NCBI GenBank assembly: GCA_027068075.1
Contig: JAMOUJ010000006.1
Span: forward strand, 218,706 to 282,705
Direction of reading: 5' to 3'
DNA length: 64,000 nucleotides
Source of the DNA: Candidatus Aminicenantes bacterium
GTDB lineage: Bacteria; Acidobacteriota; Aminicenantia; S016-38
A program made the translations under genes and the position numbers. Every line of letters starts with the position of its first letter. Positions within the stretch are counted from its first letter, which is position 1. The notes beneath the pieces are model-generated. The model did no database searches and was not told the origin of the DNA. It was given only the letters and a program-made list of their open reading frames with translations. This document shows positions 16,814 to 26,883 of the stretch, piece by piece.

Positions 16814-19186
16814 ATGATGATGAAACTTAAGAGAAAAGGTATGTGGAGTTCAGCCCTTTTGTTCTCTATGGTCGCCCTTCTGGGGGCCCGGGACTCCCAC
16901 CCCGACCTGGCGGTGAAGGCCCTGAGGTACTTTACACAGCAACGGAGGGTGGAGGTGAGGATCTGCAACCAGGGGAGTTCCTCCTCCCCGGAGTTTGCGG
17001 TGAGTATTCTGGGCAATTTTACCGGGAGAGAATGGAAGGAAGTCCTTCGCCTCTCAACCATGGGCCTCAGGTCGGGGGAGTGCAGGGTTCTCATAGAAGA
17101 CCTGAAAGGCAGTGTTTTACCCCGGCGGGTGAAGGCGGTGGTGGACCCGGAAGACGCCGTGGCGGAGATGAACGAAAACAACAATTCCCTGGAAGTGGGC
17201 CTGAAGGAAGGCTCTCCCCTATACGCCCACATGGGAGGACTGGAGATCACCGTCACCGCCCCCCGCATGGAAATTCCTCTGAAGGAACTGCCCGCCGCCG
17301 CTACGGTGGTGGGCCAGGATTTTCTGGAGACCATGCCCAGAACCGTGGGAGCCGAGGAGGCCCTGGCCTTGGTTCCCGGGGTGAGGGTGGAAAATCAGGC
17401 CAACGGGGAAAGGGTTCACATTTCCATAAGGGGGCATGGGATCCTCACGGAAAGGGGCATCCGGGGGATCAAAATTCTCGTGGACGGTCTTCCCCTGAAC
17501 GATCCCACGGGGTTTGCTCCGGACCTCTACGATGTGGATTGGGCCACGGTGAAGAGGATTGAGGTTTTGAGGGGACCTTCCGCTTCCCTCTACGGGGGAG
17601 GGGCCGCCGGAGGCATAATAAACATTGAAACCATAGACGGGTACAGTGAGCCCCTGCGCTTGAGCGGTCTTTTTTCCCTGGGTTCCTACGCCTTCGGCAA
17701 GGCCCTTTTGAACGCTGGAGGGACCCTGGGGAAGGTGAATTATCGGATCTCCGCCTCCCGGGCCCAGGGCGACGGCTACAGGGAACACACCAGGTTCCAC
17801 GGCAACAACCTGTACAGCAAGTTCCGGTGGACCCCCAGGGATTCGGTCAGGCTCACCGCCATAGTGGCCTGGACGGATTTTTACAACGACAACGCCGAGG
17901 GTTTGAACCTGGAATGGCTCCGCCAGGACCGGAGAATGGCCAATCCCGACGCCATAATTTACAACGAATATCAGAGGACCGGCAGACTTACCGCCGGAGT
18001 CTCCGGTGAGGTGGACTTAGGGGAGAATCAGGGCTTTTCCTTTGCCCTTTATCACCGGGGCACAGAATACGAGGAGTCCGTTCCGTCCTCGGTGGACCAC
18101 AGGTTTTACAGGGCTCCGGGATTTATATTCCAGTACAGGATCACCTTTGATGCCGGCTCCCTGGTCAACCACCTCAGCGTGGGGACGGAGTTCCAGTGGC
18201 AGAGAATCCACGACTTCCGCCATCCCAATCTGGGAAAGGCGGTGGAGGGTCCGGAACTTCTCTCCGACCAGTGGATTTATCAGAAGAACCTGGGCCTTTA
18301 CCTCATAGACAGGGTGGAACTGGGGAAGAACTGGGGGGTGGTGTTTAACCTGAGGCACGACGAGATAGCCAACGAATTGAGGGACCAGTTGAAATCCGGA
18401 GGAATAGACCGCTCCGGCAGGGCCGATTTCAAAAAGACCACCTTTAAACTGGGGGTGGCCTGGAATCCCTGGGCCCACATGGGGTTCTACGCCAACCTGG
18501 GCACCGGTTTTCTACCCCCATCCACGGAGGAACTGGCCAACAACCCCCGGGCCATGGGAGGGTTCAACACCTCCCTCAAGCCGGCCCGTTCCGTGGGCGC
18601 GGAGGTAGGCGTCAGGGGTTATCTCAAAAATTCCCTCTTCTACGACATAACCCTGTTTCACATCCACACCGAGGACGACTTCGGCCGCTACAGAATTCCC
18701 TCCCGTCCCCTGGAGACCTTTTACAGAAATGTGGGAAGCACCAGGAGGTACGGTCTGGAAACCTTCCTGGCCTGGTATCCCATAAGCAACCTGAGCGTGA
18801 GACTTGCCTATACCCTGGCCGATTTCAAATACCTTTCCTTTAAGGTGGACGAGGAGGAGATTTCCGGAACCTTCCTTCCCAACTCCCCGAGGCATAGATT
18901 TTTCCTTGACCTTGGTTACAGGCCCCGGGAAAGATTATCTTTGGGATTGAGTCTGGAAGGCCAGAGCCGCTCATATGTGGACCAGAAAAACGATGTCTGG
19001 ATTGACGGTTATGTTCTCTTAAACGCCAGGGTTTCCTTCAGGATTTCTTCCCGGGTGGAACTCGTCCTCTACGGGAGGAACATCCTGAATCAGGAATACA
19101 TAGCCTTTACGGAGCCCGATCCCGACGGAAACTCCTTCCAGCCAGCGCCCACCCGGGAGGTATTTCTTTCCCTGAGGTTCCGCTGA
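16814..19186 (+). CDS. TonB-dependent receptor with N-terminal CARDB-like Ig domain
   Basis: PDL.V...V.I.NQG...VVDP...V.E.NE.NN (CARDB). TonB box ITVTA, plug ISIRG and IEVLRGPSASLYG..A.GG.INI, barrel ending N.LN..Y...R.V.LSLRFR. Confidence 0.88.
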   Translation: MMMKLKRKGMWSSALLFSMVALLGARDSHPDLAVKALRYFTQQRRVEVRICNQGSSSSPEFAVSILGNFTGREWKEVLRLSTMGLRSGECRVLIEDLKGSVLPRRVKAVVDPEDAVAEMNENNNSLEVGLKEGSPLYAHMGGLEITVTAPRMEIPLKELPAAATVVGQDFLETMPRTVGAEEALALVPGVRVENQANGERVHISIRGHGILTERGIRGIKILVDGLPLNDPTGFAPDLYDVDWATVKRIEVLRGPSASLYGGGAAGGIINIETIDGYSEPLRLSGLFSLGSYAFGKALLNAGGTLGKVNYRISASRAQGDGYREHTRFHGNNLYSKFRWTPRDSVRLTAIVAWTDFYNDNAEGLNLEWLRQDRRMANPDAIIYNEYQRTGRLTAGVSGEVDLGENQGFSFALYHRGTEYEESVPSSVDHRFYRAPGFIFQYRITFDAGSLVNHLSVGTEFQWQRIHDFRHPNLGKAVEGPELLSDQWIYQKNLGLYLIDRVELGKNWGVVFNLRHDEIANELRDQLKSGGIDRSGRADFKKTTFKLGVAWNPWAHMGFYANLGTGFLPPSTEELANNPRAMGGFNTSLKPARSVGAEVGVRGYLKNSLFYDITLFHIHTEDDFGRYRIPSRPLETFYRNVGSTRRYGLETFLAWYPISNLSVRLAYTLADFKYLSFKVDEEEISGTFLPNSPRHRFFLDLGYRPRERLSLGLSLEGQSRSYVDQKNDVWIDGYVLLNARVSFRISSRVELVLYGRNILNQEYIAFTEPDPDGNSFQPAPTREVFLSLRFR

Positions 19187-19197
19187 AGTGGCCCGCC

Positions 19198-20553
19198 TCA
19201 GGTAAAAATCTTGCCGGGATTCAGTATGTTGTTGGGATCCAGGAGGAGTTTTATTCTTCTCATGAGTTGGTAGGTTTCCTGACCCAACTGGGCTTCCAGG
19301 AAGGCCGCCTTGGTGAGTCCGATGCCGTGTTCTCCGGAAATGGCCCCACCTGCTTCTATCACCCAGCGGAAGAGTTTCACCACGGCCTCTTCTGCCCTGG
19401 GCTTTTCGCTTTCCTCCACCATGAAGTTCACATGGAGGTTGCCGTCGCCCATGTGGCCAAAGACCACCACGGTGAGCCCGTATTTTTCCCCTAAACCGTA
19501 GATGAAATCCACCGCCTGGGGAATTTTTGACCTGGGCACCACGATGTCCTCGTTTATCTTTATGGGCTTCAGCCGGGTAAGGGCCGGGGAAATGCTCCTG
19601 CGGAGTTTCCAGACTTCTTCCTCCTGCTCCTGGTTTTCCGCAATTACCACGGTCAGGGGGGAGTGTTCCTCCAGGCGATTTTTTATCCTCTCCAGTTGGT
19701 TTTTCACCGAGTTTTCGTCGCCGTCCACCTGAATTATCAGACTTGCCCCTGCCTTTATTTCCACTCCCAGATAGGAGGCCACGGCTTCCAGGCTCTTTCT
19801 ATCCACGAACTCCAGGGCCGAGGGAAGGATGCCCGAGGTCAAAAGGGAAGTGGCGGCCCGGGAAGCCTCCCCCACATCCCTGAAGTCCGCCCGGAGACTT
19901 TTCCTGACCGGGGGAAGGGGAAGCAATCTCAGCCAGGCCCTGGTGATGATCCCAAGGGTGCCTTCGCTCCCCACGAAGAGGCCCATCAGATCGTAGCCCG
20001 CCACATTTTTCTGAAGCCCTCTTCCCTGCTCTATCACTTCCCCGGAGGGAAGCACCACCCGAAGGCCCAGGACATAGTTTTTGGTGACGCCGTATTTGAG
20101 GCACCTGGGACCTCCGGCGTTTTCCGCCAGGTTTCCCCCTATGGTGGAGTTTTTCAGGGAAGCGGGGTCCGGGGGATAGAAAAGTCCCTGCCTTTCTGCC
20201 TCCCTTTGAAGTTCCTCGGTGATCACCCCCGGTTCCACCTCGGCCACCATGTTTTCCCTGTGGACCTTCATAAACCGCATGCGGGTAAGGGAAAGGACCA
20301 ATCCTCCCCGGTGGGGAACGGCCCCTCCGGAAAACCCCGTGCCGGAGCCCCTGGGAACTACGGCGAAACCGTAAAAATTGGCCAGTTTAAGGGTTTCAGC
20401 CACCTGTTTTTCTTCGGTGGGGAAGGCCACGGCGTCGGGTTTTCCCTCTATCCTGGTGGCGTCGCTGGAATGGGCCAGAAGGTGAGGAAGGTCCTCCCGG
20501 AGATTTTTCCCGTAGAGCCTCCTTAGAGCCCTTTTAGCCTGCTCCGGAATCAT
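19198..20553 (-). CDS. FAD-linked oxidase, GlcD/D-lactate dehydrogenase family
   Basis: PRGSGTGFSGGA, YPPDPAS, TIGGN.A.NAGG....KYG, GSEGTLG, GHMGDGNLH, SGEHGIG, DPNNILNPGK. Confidence 0.92.
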   Translation of the reverse strand: MIPEQAKRALRRLYGKNLREDLPHLLAHSSDATRIEGKPDAVAFPTEEKQVAETLKLANFYGFAVVPRGSGTGFSGGAVPHRGGLVLSLTRMRFMKVHRENMVAEVEPGVITEELQREAERQGLFYPPDPASLKNSTIGGNLAENAGGPRCLKYGVTKNYVLGLRVVLPSGEVIEQGRGLQKNVAGYDLMGLFVGSEGTLGIITRAWLRLLPLPPVRKSLRADFRDVGEASRAATSLLTSGILPSALEFVDRKSLEAVASYLGVEIKAGASLIIQVDGDENSVKNQLERIKNRLEEHSPLTVVIAENQEQEEEVWKLRRSISPALTRLKPIKINEDIVVPRSKIPQAVDFIYGLGEKYGLTVVVFGHMGDGNLHVNFMVEESEKPRAEEAVVKLFRWVIEAGGAISGEHGIGLTKAAFLEAQLGQETYQLMRRIKLLLDPNNILNPGKIFT

Positions 20554-21025
20554 GGAATTTTTTCTTCAGTTCTCTGTCCACCGCTTCCGGGACCAGGTCG
20601 GGAAGACTTCCCCCCAGGCTGTAGACCTCCTTTACCAGTTTGGAACTCAGAAAGGAGTATTCCACCCTGGGCATCATGAAAATTATCTCCACGGAGGGGT
20701 CCAGTTTGAAGTTCATCAGGGCCATCTGGAATTCGTATTCAAAATCGGATATGGCCCGAAGACCCCTTATGATGACATCGGCGCCGGTTTTCCTGGCGTA
20801 CTCCACCAGGAGCCCCCGGAAGGAGCCCACCTTTATGTTGGGTTTGCCACGGAATATTTCCCTTATCATAGCCACCCTTTCCTCCACGGAGAAAAGGGGG
20901 TTTTTGGATGGATTTTCAAGGACCGCCACCTCCACCATGTCAAAGATTCTACTGGCCCGCTCCAGAATGTCCACATGGCCGTTGGTTATGGGGTCAAAGG
21001 ACCCCGGATAGAGAGCCTTCTTCAT
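20534..21025 (-). CDS. coaD: Phosphopantetheine adenylyltransferase
   Basis: YPGSFDPITNGH, RGLRAISDFEYE, LSSKLVKE. Confidence 0.97.
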   Translation of the reverse strand: MKKALYPGSFDPITNGHVDILERASRIFDMVEVAVLENPSKNPLFSVEERVAMIREIFRGKPNIKVGSFRGLLVEYARKTGADVIIRGLRAISDFEYEFQMALMNFKLDPSVEIIFMMPRVEYSFLSSKLVKEVYSLGGSLPDLVPEAVDRELKKKFHDSGAG

Positions 21026-22670
21026 CCAGTTCCTCCAGGCTAATAATGGTATAGTTATATCCCTGCTCGGTCAAGAAAATCTGCCTCTTGGCGGAGTATT
21101 CTTCGTCCACCGTTTCGGCGCTTACGATGGCGTAAAAATAGGCCTCCCCTTCCCCCTTGGGTCGGAGGATTCTCCCCAGCCTCTGGGCTTCTTCCTGGCG
21201 GGAGCCGAAGGTTCCGGAGATTTCTATGGCCACATTGGCCGAGGGGAGATTGATGGCGAAATTGGCCACCTTGGAGACCACCAGGAGGTTTATTTCCCCC
21301 CGGCGGAAGTTCTCGTAAAGTTTTTCCCTTTCCGAATTGGGGGTGGTTCCGGTGATGAGGGGAGCCTTAAGTCTGGTGGCCACCTCCCTAAGTTGGTTTA
21401 TGAACTGACCTATGATGAGAACCTTGTCCTTTCGGTGTCTTTTAAGTATTTTGAGAAGGGCCTCAATTTTTTTGGGGTTGGTGGAGGCCAGGGTGAATTT
21501 TTTCCTGCGGGAGGCCTTTAAATACTCAATTTTGAGTTCCAGGGGCATGGGAACCCTTACTTCAAAGCACCGGGCCCTGGCTATCCAGCCCATCTCCTCA
21601 AAACTTTTCCAGGGGGCATCGTATTTTTTGGGGCCTACCAGGGCGAAGATTTCCTCCTCCCTCCCGTCTTCCCTCACCAGGGTGGCGCTGAGTCCCAGGC
21701 GGCGTTTGGCCTGAATGTCTGCGGTGATTTTAAAAACAGGCGCCGGCAGAAGGTGAACTTCATCGTAGATGACCAGTCCCCAGTTTCTGCTGGAAAACAG
21801 GTCCAGGTGGGAGAAGTTCCCTTCCCTTTTTCTGCGGTGGACCAGGATGTTGTAAGTGGCTATGGTTATGGGGCGGATTTCTTTTCTTTCTCCGCTGTAT
21901 TCCCCGATGTCCTCCCGGGGGATGTTGGTCCAGCGGAGGAGTTCCTCCTTCCACTGGCGGGCGGCCACGGTGGAGGTCACCACCACCAGGGTCTGAGTCT
22001 GGAGTTTTTCCATGACTCCTATGCCCACCACCGTTTTTCCTGCGCCGCACGGAAGCACCACTATACCGCTTCCCCCCCTTTCGCTTCCGCCTGAATGGAA
22101 GGCCTCCACCGCCTCTACCTGATAGGGGCGCAGTTTCAGGGTTTCCTTCAGGGTGAAGTGATAGGGTTCCCCGGGGGAGTACCCCGCCCAGTCCTCCACG
22201 GGATACCCCATCTTTACCAGAAAGAGTTTCAGGTGACCCCGGGCGTATTTTTTTATAACGAGGTCCGCTTCGCTTACCACATCCTCCACGAACTGGCGGG
22301 CCCTGCGGTCCGAAAATATGAGGAAGGAGATGGAGGGATCCTCTAATACCAGGTGGAGTTTTCCCTCCTTCATTATGAGCCTGGCCTTGCCGTATCTTTC
22401 CATGTAGGTTTGAATTTTCTTCACTATGGCAGCGGGAACCTCGTAGAGGGAATTTTCCCTGAGAAAATCCAGGATGGATTGGGGGGAGATCCCCATGGCT
22501 GCGGCGTTCCAGAGGGATATGGGGGTTATTCGGTAGGTGTGAACATATTCCGGAGATTTCACCAGTTCGGCGAAGAGGGATAATTCCGCCCTTACCTCCC
22601 TGAAGCCAGGGGCATCCACGAAAAGCAGGACCGTTCCGTCAGTCTGAATTATGAGAGGTTTTTCCCTCAA
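20994..22670 (-). CDS. XPB/Rad25-family DNA helicase
   Basis: PLI.Q.D.T.LL, KSPEYVHTYRITPISLWNA, LRPYQ, LPCGAGKT, DEVHLLPA, GLSATLVREDG, GSRQEEAQRLGRILRPK. Confidence 0.93.
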   Translation of the reverse strand: MREKPLIIQTDGTVLLFVDAPGFREVRAELSLFAELVKSPEYVHTYRITPISLWNAAAMGISPQSILDFLRENSLYEVPAAIVKKIQTYMERYGKARLIMKEGKLHLVLEDPSISFLIFSDRRARQFVEDVVSEADLVIKKYARGHLKLFLVKMGYPVEDWAGYSPGEPYHFTLKETLKLRPYQVEAVEAFHSGGSERGGSGIVVLPCGAGKTVVGIGVMEKLQTQTLVVVTSTVAARQWKEELLRWTNIPREDIGEYSGERKEIRPITIATYNILVHRRKREGNFSHLDLFSSRNWGLVIYDEVHLLPAPVFKITADIQAKRRLGLSATLVREDGREEEIFALVGPKKYDAPWKSFEEMGWIARARCFEVRVPMPLELKIEYLKASRRKKFTLASTNPKKIEALLKILKRHRKDKVLIIGQFINQLREVATRLKAPLITGTTPNSEREKLYENFRRGEINLLVVSKVANFAINLPSANVAIEISGTFGSRQEEAQRLGRILRPKGEGEAYFYAIVSAETVDEEYSAKRQIFLTEQGYNYTIISLEELDEEGSLSGVL

Positions 22671-23466
22671 GTTTTCTCCTTAAAAGCAATGCAAGATTTG
22701 AAAACAACATCAAAGGAGTGAAGGTTCCAACTCCCCCGGGAACCGGGGTCAGGAGGGCCTTTTCCTTCACCTGAGGGTCCACATCTCCTGTTATTTTGCC
22801 GTCCACCACATTTATCCCCACATCCACTACCACGGCTCCTTCCTTTACCATGGACGGTTTTATCAGATGTGGTCTTCCTGCGGCTACCACCAGGAGGTCG
22901 GCCTGGGATGTAAGCCTTTCCAGGGGTTTTGTCCTGGAATGGGCAGTGGCCACCGTGGCGTTTTCGGCCAGGAGCAGGAAAATCAGGGGTTTCCCCACGA
23001 TGATACTTCTGCCCACGATGACCGCCATTTTACCTTCCAGGGGAAAGTTCAGGACCTTTAGTATTTCCATGACCGCCAGGGGGGTGGCGGGCCTGGGACC
23101 ATCCTCCCCCCTCACCAGCCTTCCCAGGTTAAGGGGAGTTATGCCCTCCACATCCTTTTCCGGGGATATGAGGGAAGAATACTCCAGGAAGTTCTCCCGG
23201 CGGCAGTGGATGATAATCCCATCTATTCCCGGATCCCGGTTTAGTCTTCGGAGGTCTTCCCGGTTTCCCTCCATCAGTTTTACCCTGACGCCCAGGGATT
23301 CTCCCTTTTTCTTTATACTGTTCCTGTAAACCTCGGAGGAGGGATCCGCCTCCAGGGCCAGGGAGACCAGGACCGCTTCCCTTCCCAACCTGTTCCCCAG
23401 TTGGGAAAACTCCTCCCTGAGCCCCTCCTTTAATTCGTTCCTTCTTTTCTTTATGAGCGCTTTCAT
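22639..23466 (-). CDS. folD: Methylenetetrahydrofolate dehydrogenase/cyclohydrolase
   Basis: PEKDVEG, PATP, VGRSIIVGKP, NATV..AHSRT, VDVGIN, TPVPGGVG. Start set at ATG 23466, 6 nt after TG-g-TATAAT. Confidence 0.92.
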   Translation of the reverse strand: MKALIKKRRNELKEGLREEFSQLGNRLGREAVLVSLALEADPSSEVYRNSIKKKGESLGVRVKLMEGNREDLRRLNRDPGIDGIIIHCRRENFLEYSSLISPEKDVEGITPLNLGRLVRGEDGPRPATPLAVMEILKVLNFPLEGKMAVIVGRSIIVGKPLIFLLLAENATVATAHSRTKPLERLTSQADLLVVAAGRPHLIKPSMVKEGAVVVDVGINVVDGKITGDVDPQVKEKALLTPVPGGVGTFTPLMLFSNLALLLRRKLEGKTSHNSD

Positions 23467-23549
23467 CAGGATATTATACCAGCGGAGAGGTTTCCGCCTG
23501 AAGATGACCACCGGCGAGCGAATTTGATATCATTTGCCAGGAGGTGAAA

Positions 23550-24617
23550 ATGGGTCAACTTATTCTTGCGATAAACCCCGGTTCTACTTCAACAAAAATA
23601 GCGGTTTTTGACGGCCACAGGGAAATTTATAAAAAGACTATAACCCATTCTGCGGAGGAACTCGCCGGGTTTCATAGCGTTTACGAACAGAAGGATTACA
23701 GAACAGCCCTGGTGAGGAAGGCCCTGCAGGAGGCCGGCATATCCCCCTCAGACCTGGCGGCGGTGGTGGCCAGGGGAGGGCTTCTTAAGCCCCTGGAAAG
23801 CGGCACCTATGTGGTAAACGAGGCCATGCTTCGGGACCTGGAGAGGGCAGAGAGGGGGGAACACGCCTCCAACCTGGGGGCTGTTATAGCCTACGAGATA
23901 GCCAGGGAGGCAGGGGTTTCCGCCTACATAGTGGATCCGGTGAGCGTGGACGAACTGCCCAGAATTGCCAAAATTACCGGGATGGCCGAGATAGAAAAGC
24001 CCGTCCTTTCCCACGCTCTTAACACCAAGGCGGTGGCCAAGAGATATGCCAGGGAAAGGGGGGTTCCCTACGATAACCTTCGCCTGGTGGTCATCCACAT
24101 GGGCTCCGGCAATTCCGTTTCCGCCCACAGGGGCGGGAGGATGATAGATGTTACCAACTCCATGGAGGAGGGTTCCTTTGGAATGGACAGGGCCGGAGGA
24201 GTTCCCTGCGTTCAACTCCTGAGACTGGCCTACAGCGGAAAATACGATTTTAGAACCCTCAGAAAAAAACTCTTCGGAGAAGGAGGGGTTTACTCCTACC
24301 TGGGGACCAAGGATTTCAGGGAGGTGGAAAGAAGAATGGGAGAAGGGGATGAAAGGGCCCGGGAGGTGTCGGAGGCCATGGTTTACCAGATAGCCAAGGA
24401 TGCGGGAAGCATGGCGGCGGTGCTGGAGGGTAAGGTGGACGCCGTGCTGGTGACGGGGGGCCTGGCCAAGAGCGGGTGGGTACTTGAGAAACTCCTTCCC
24501 CGGATAGAATTTATAGCCCCGGTGAAGGTTTACCCCGGGGAGGATGAACTCCGGGCCCTGGTGGAGGGGGTTCTCAGGGTGCTTTCCGGAGAAGAGGAAG
24601 CGAAGATTTATTCCTGA
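23550..24617 (+). CDS. buk: Butyrate kinase
   Basis: INPGSTSTK, RGGLLKP..SGTY.VN, HASNLG, DPVSVDE, HALN, YPGEDE. AGGAGGT SD. Confidence 0.95.
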   Translation: MGQLILAINPGSTSTKIAVFDGHREIYKKTITHSAEELAGFHSVYEQKDYRTALVRKALQEAGISPSDLAAVVARGGLLKPLESGTYVVNEAMLRDLERAERGEHASNLGAVIAYEIAREAGVSAYIVDPVSVDELPRIAKITGMAEIEKPVLSHALNTKAVAKRYARERGVPYDNLRLVVIHMGSGNSVSAHRGGRMIDVTNSMEEGSFGMDRAGGVPCVQLLRLAYSGKYDFRTLRKKLFGEGGVYSYLGTKDFREVERRMGEGDERAREVSEAMVYQIAKDAGSMAAVLEGKVDAVLVTGGLAKSGWVLEKLLPRIEFIAPVKVYPGEDELRALVEGVLRVLSGEEEAKIYS

Positions 24618-25846
24618 GAGCCGGCGGGCCTGAGGAAGAGGAGGAAGGTTTTGTATAGGATGTGTAAATCCATGTAAAAATTCCTGTGCTTTATGTAATA
24701 GAGGTCGTATTCAAGTTTTCTCAGGTGTTGATGGAAATCGTCGCCGGCGTATCCGAAATGAATCTGGGCCCAGCCTGTAACCCCGGGCCTTATTCGGGTT
24801 CTTAAGGGATAAAGGGGAAGTTGCCTTTCCAGTTCCTGGCTGATCATGGGTCTTTCCGGTCTGGGACCTACCAGGGACATGTCCCCCTTCAGGACATTCA
24901 ACAATTGAGGGACTTCGTCCAGGTGCAATTTTCGGATAACCCTGCCTATGCGGGTTATTCTGGGGTCGTTCTTTTTAGCAAAAACCGGCTTCCCTTCGGG
25001 TTCGGCGTTGGGGATCATGGTGCGGAATTTTATTAATTTGAAGGGTCTGCCGTCCTTTCCGAGCCTTTCCTGGAGGTAAAACATGGGCCCCGGGCTTTCC
25101 AGTTGATGAAGAAGGGCCATAAGTAGGGCCGGTGGGAGGAGCAGAAGAAGAGCCAGCAGAGAGATGGGTATTTCCAGGAGCCTCTTGACCCCTTCGTAGG
25201 AAAGTTTTTCCGAAGCAAGGACTTCCTCCGCCACCCTGTTTTCCGGTTTAAGTTCCAGGGGGACCAGTTTACCCAGGGTCTCCACGAATTCCTCCACGGA
25301 GAGGACGAGAACCCCATCCTTCCTTAAAATTTCCCGGAAGGTTTCCTTGTCCAACCTCCCGTTCACCACCATTATGTCCGAATCGTTGAGTTCCTTCACC
25401 GGCTTTGAGATTAGCATGTATTTTTTCTTAATCTCCTCAAAGGGAATTTTGGCTCTCCAGTGGACCCTGGGGAGTTTTTCCGGATTTTTGAAGAAAATGT
25501 AGGCGGAGATCAGAAGGAAGAAGGTTGCGTAGGTGAGCCTTCCCAGACCGTGGGAAAAGAAAAGGAAGGACTCTACTATGTAGGCCACCACCAGGGATAA
25601 TGTCACCTTTCCCATTCTGGAAAAAAAGGAGAATTCCCTCTCCAGGAGGTGAACCGGAGAGTTGAAGGTAAACCCCTTCAGGGCCTCGCACATGACGAAG
25701 AATACTGCCGAGAGCACCAGAAGGTTGGGATAATATTCTATCAGTAAGGTTTTCCACTTGGACAGGGAACCGGCGTAGGGGAGCAGGGAAAATCCTGAGA
25801 TGAGAAGAATGAAAAAAAGGTCTTTAAAGTAGTTCTTAATCTTCAT
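24608..25846 (-). CDS. Polyprenyl-phosphate sugar phosphotransferase (priming glycosyltransferase)
   Basis: N-terminal TMs; KR...I, Q.R.G..G..F...KFRTM, DPRIT, DEVPQL.NVLKGDMSLVGPRPE, PGVTGWAQ, D..YI. Confidence 0.9.
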   Translation of the reverse strand: MKIKNYFKDLFFILLISGFSLLPYAGSLSKWKTLLIEYYPNLLVLSAVFFVMCEALKGFTFNSPVHLLEREFSFFSRMGKVTLSLVVAYIVESFLFFSHGLGRLTYATFFLLISAYIFFKNPEKLPRVHWRAKIPFEEIKKKYMLISKPVKELNDSDIMVVNGRLDKETFREILRKDGVLVLSVEEFVETLGKLVPLELKPENRVAEEVLASEKLSYEGVKRLLEIPISLLALLLLLPPALLMALLHQLESPGPMFYLQERLGKDGRPFKLIKFRTMIPNAEPEGKPVFAKKNDPRITRIGRVIRKLHLDEVPQLLNVLKGDMSLVGPRPERPMISQELERQLPLYPLRTRIRPGVTGWAQIHFGYAGDDFHQHLRKLEYDLYYIKHRNFYMDLHILYKTFLLFLRPAGSQE

Positions 25847-26846
25847 CCTTCAGGGCGTTCCACGCCAGGGCCAGGGCCAGAAAGAGGAAGAAGGAAAGGA
25901 AAAAGGAATATAGCACACCCTTGAAGTCAGGTTTTTTCTGGACTGCTGGGAGGGTTACGGAAAAGACCTTGGGGAGGAGACAGTCCCTGCCCAGTTCTCC
26001 CATGAGCCTGGGAAGCAGGGGTGCCGGCATGAGGGATTGGGCCTTTTTTTCGGCTTCTCGGCAGGAATTTACTTCCGGAAGATCCCTGTAGAATTTTGAA
26101 TAAGCGGAGAAATACTCCACTTCCTTCTGGAGGGTGGAAAGGTCCGTTTTCAATTCCTGAAGGATTATGGAATAGGCCCGGGCCTGGGTCCTGGGCGATA
26201 AATAAGGAAGAAAATAGGGCTCCACCGAGGTGGCCAGGTTGGGGACTTCTCCGTTGCCGTATTTTCTTCCCAGATTCTCCATGAAGGAGGTGGTTTTACG
26301 AAGTTCCTGGATTTTCTTCTCTATCCTGGTGCGGAGGTAAAGGAGGTTCTGAATGTGAACCCGGGAAAGGTACGATTTTATCTTCAACAGGGAGAAAAGT
26401 TGACGGGAAAGTTTGCCCACCAGGGAGTTAAGGAATTTTTCCCTATTCCCTTCAGCACCGTAGATCCTTAGGGTTTTCAAGTAGAGGGTGGGGGATACCA
26501 CCCGCCCGGGAAGGTATTTGTAATTGCCCGGCAGGGCGTATTCGGCGGTGACTTTGATCCCCGGATTTATGCTGGTTATTACACTGGTGATGTTTTCCTT
26601 TCTCAGAAGGGAGTTTTCCTCCAGGGTGTAGGAGCCCGAGTCCTTTCTGGCGGGATAATAGCGGGCAAAATAAAGGAAGGGTATGTTGTAGGAGATTTCC
26701 CTTCCTTCCCGCAATTCCGGAGGCACCTCTATGTAAATTCCAGCAGAGGTCTTTTCCCTCCTGTAAAAGGTCCATGCGGCAGAAAAAAAGCCCACTACCA
26801 GGGCGCCCAGCAGGGGGTAGGCCAGCAATAGAAGTCTTTTCCTCAC
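25836..26846 (-). CDS. Membrane protein with two terminal TM helices and a coiled coil (Wzz/polysaccharide co-polymerase-like)
   Basis: Topology TM - large loop with heptad helices - KKP-TM; lies between two priming glycosyltransferases. Confidence 0.55.
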   Translation of the reverse strand: MRKRLLLLAYPLLGALVVGFFSAAWTFYRREKTSAGIYIEVPPELREGREISYNIPFLYFARYYPARKDSGSYTLEENSLLRKENITSVITSINPGIKVTAEYALPGNYKYLPGRVVSPTLYLKTLRIYGAEGNREKFLNSLVGKLSRQLFSLLKIKSYLSRVHIQNLLYLRTRIEKKIQELRKTTSFMENLGRKYGNGEVPNLATSVEPYFLPYLSPRTQARAYSIILQELKTDLSTLQKEVEYFSAYSKFYRDLPEVNSCREAEKKAQSLMPAPLLPRLMGELGRDCLLPKVFSVTLPAVQKKPDFKGVLYSFFLSFFLFLALALAWNALKDED

Positions 26847-26883
26847 GGAATTATTTTAACTCCATTGCTGGAGTTGTTACAAG

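Noticed and set aside
11608..19186. tRNA-anchored genomic island or prophage
   Set aside because: No integrase, no duplicated tRNA 3' end, the locus is on the tRNA 5' side, and codon style matches the flanks.
1664..24617. fhs + folD + buk as evidence of a Wood-Ljungdahl or butyrate pathway
   Set aside because: The genes are dispersed and no acs/CODH, metF or ptb is in the window; they are compatible with ordinary C1 and acyl-phosphate metabolism.
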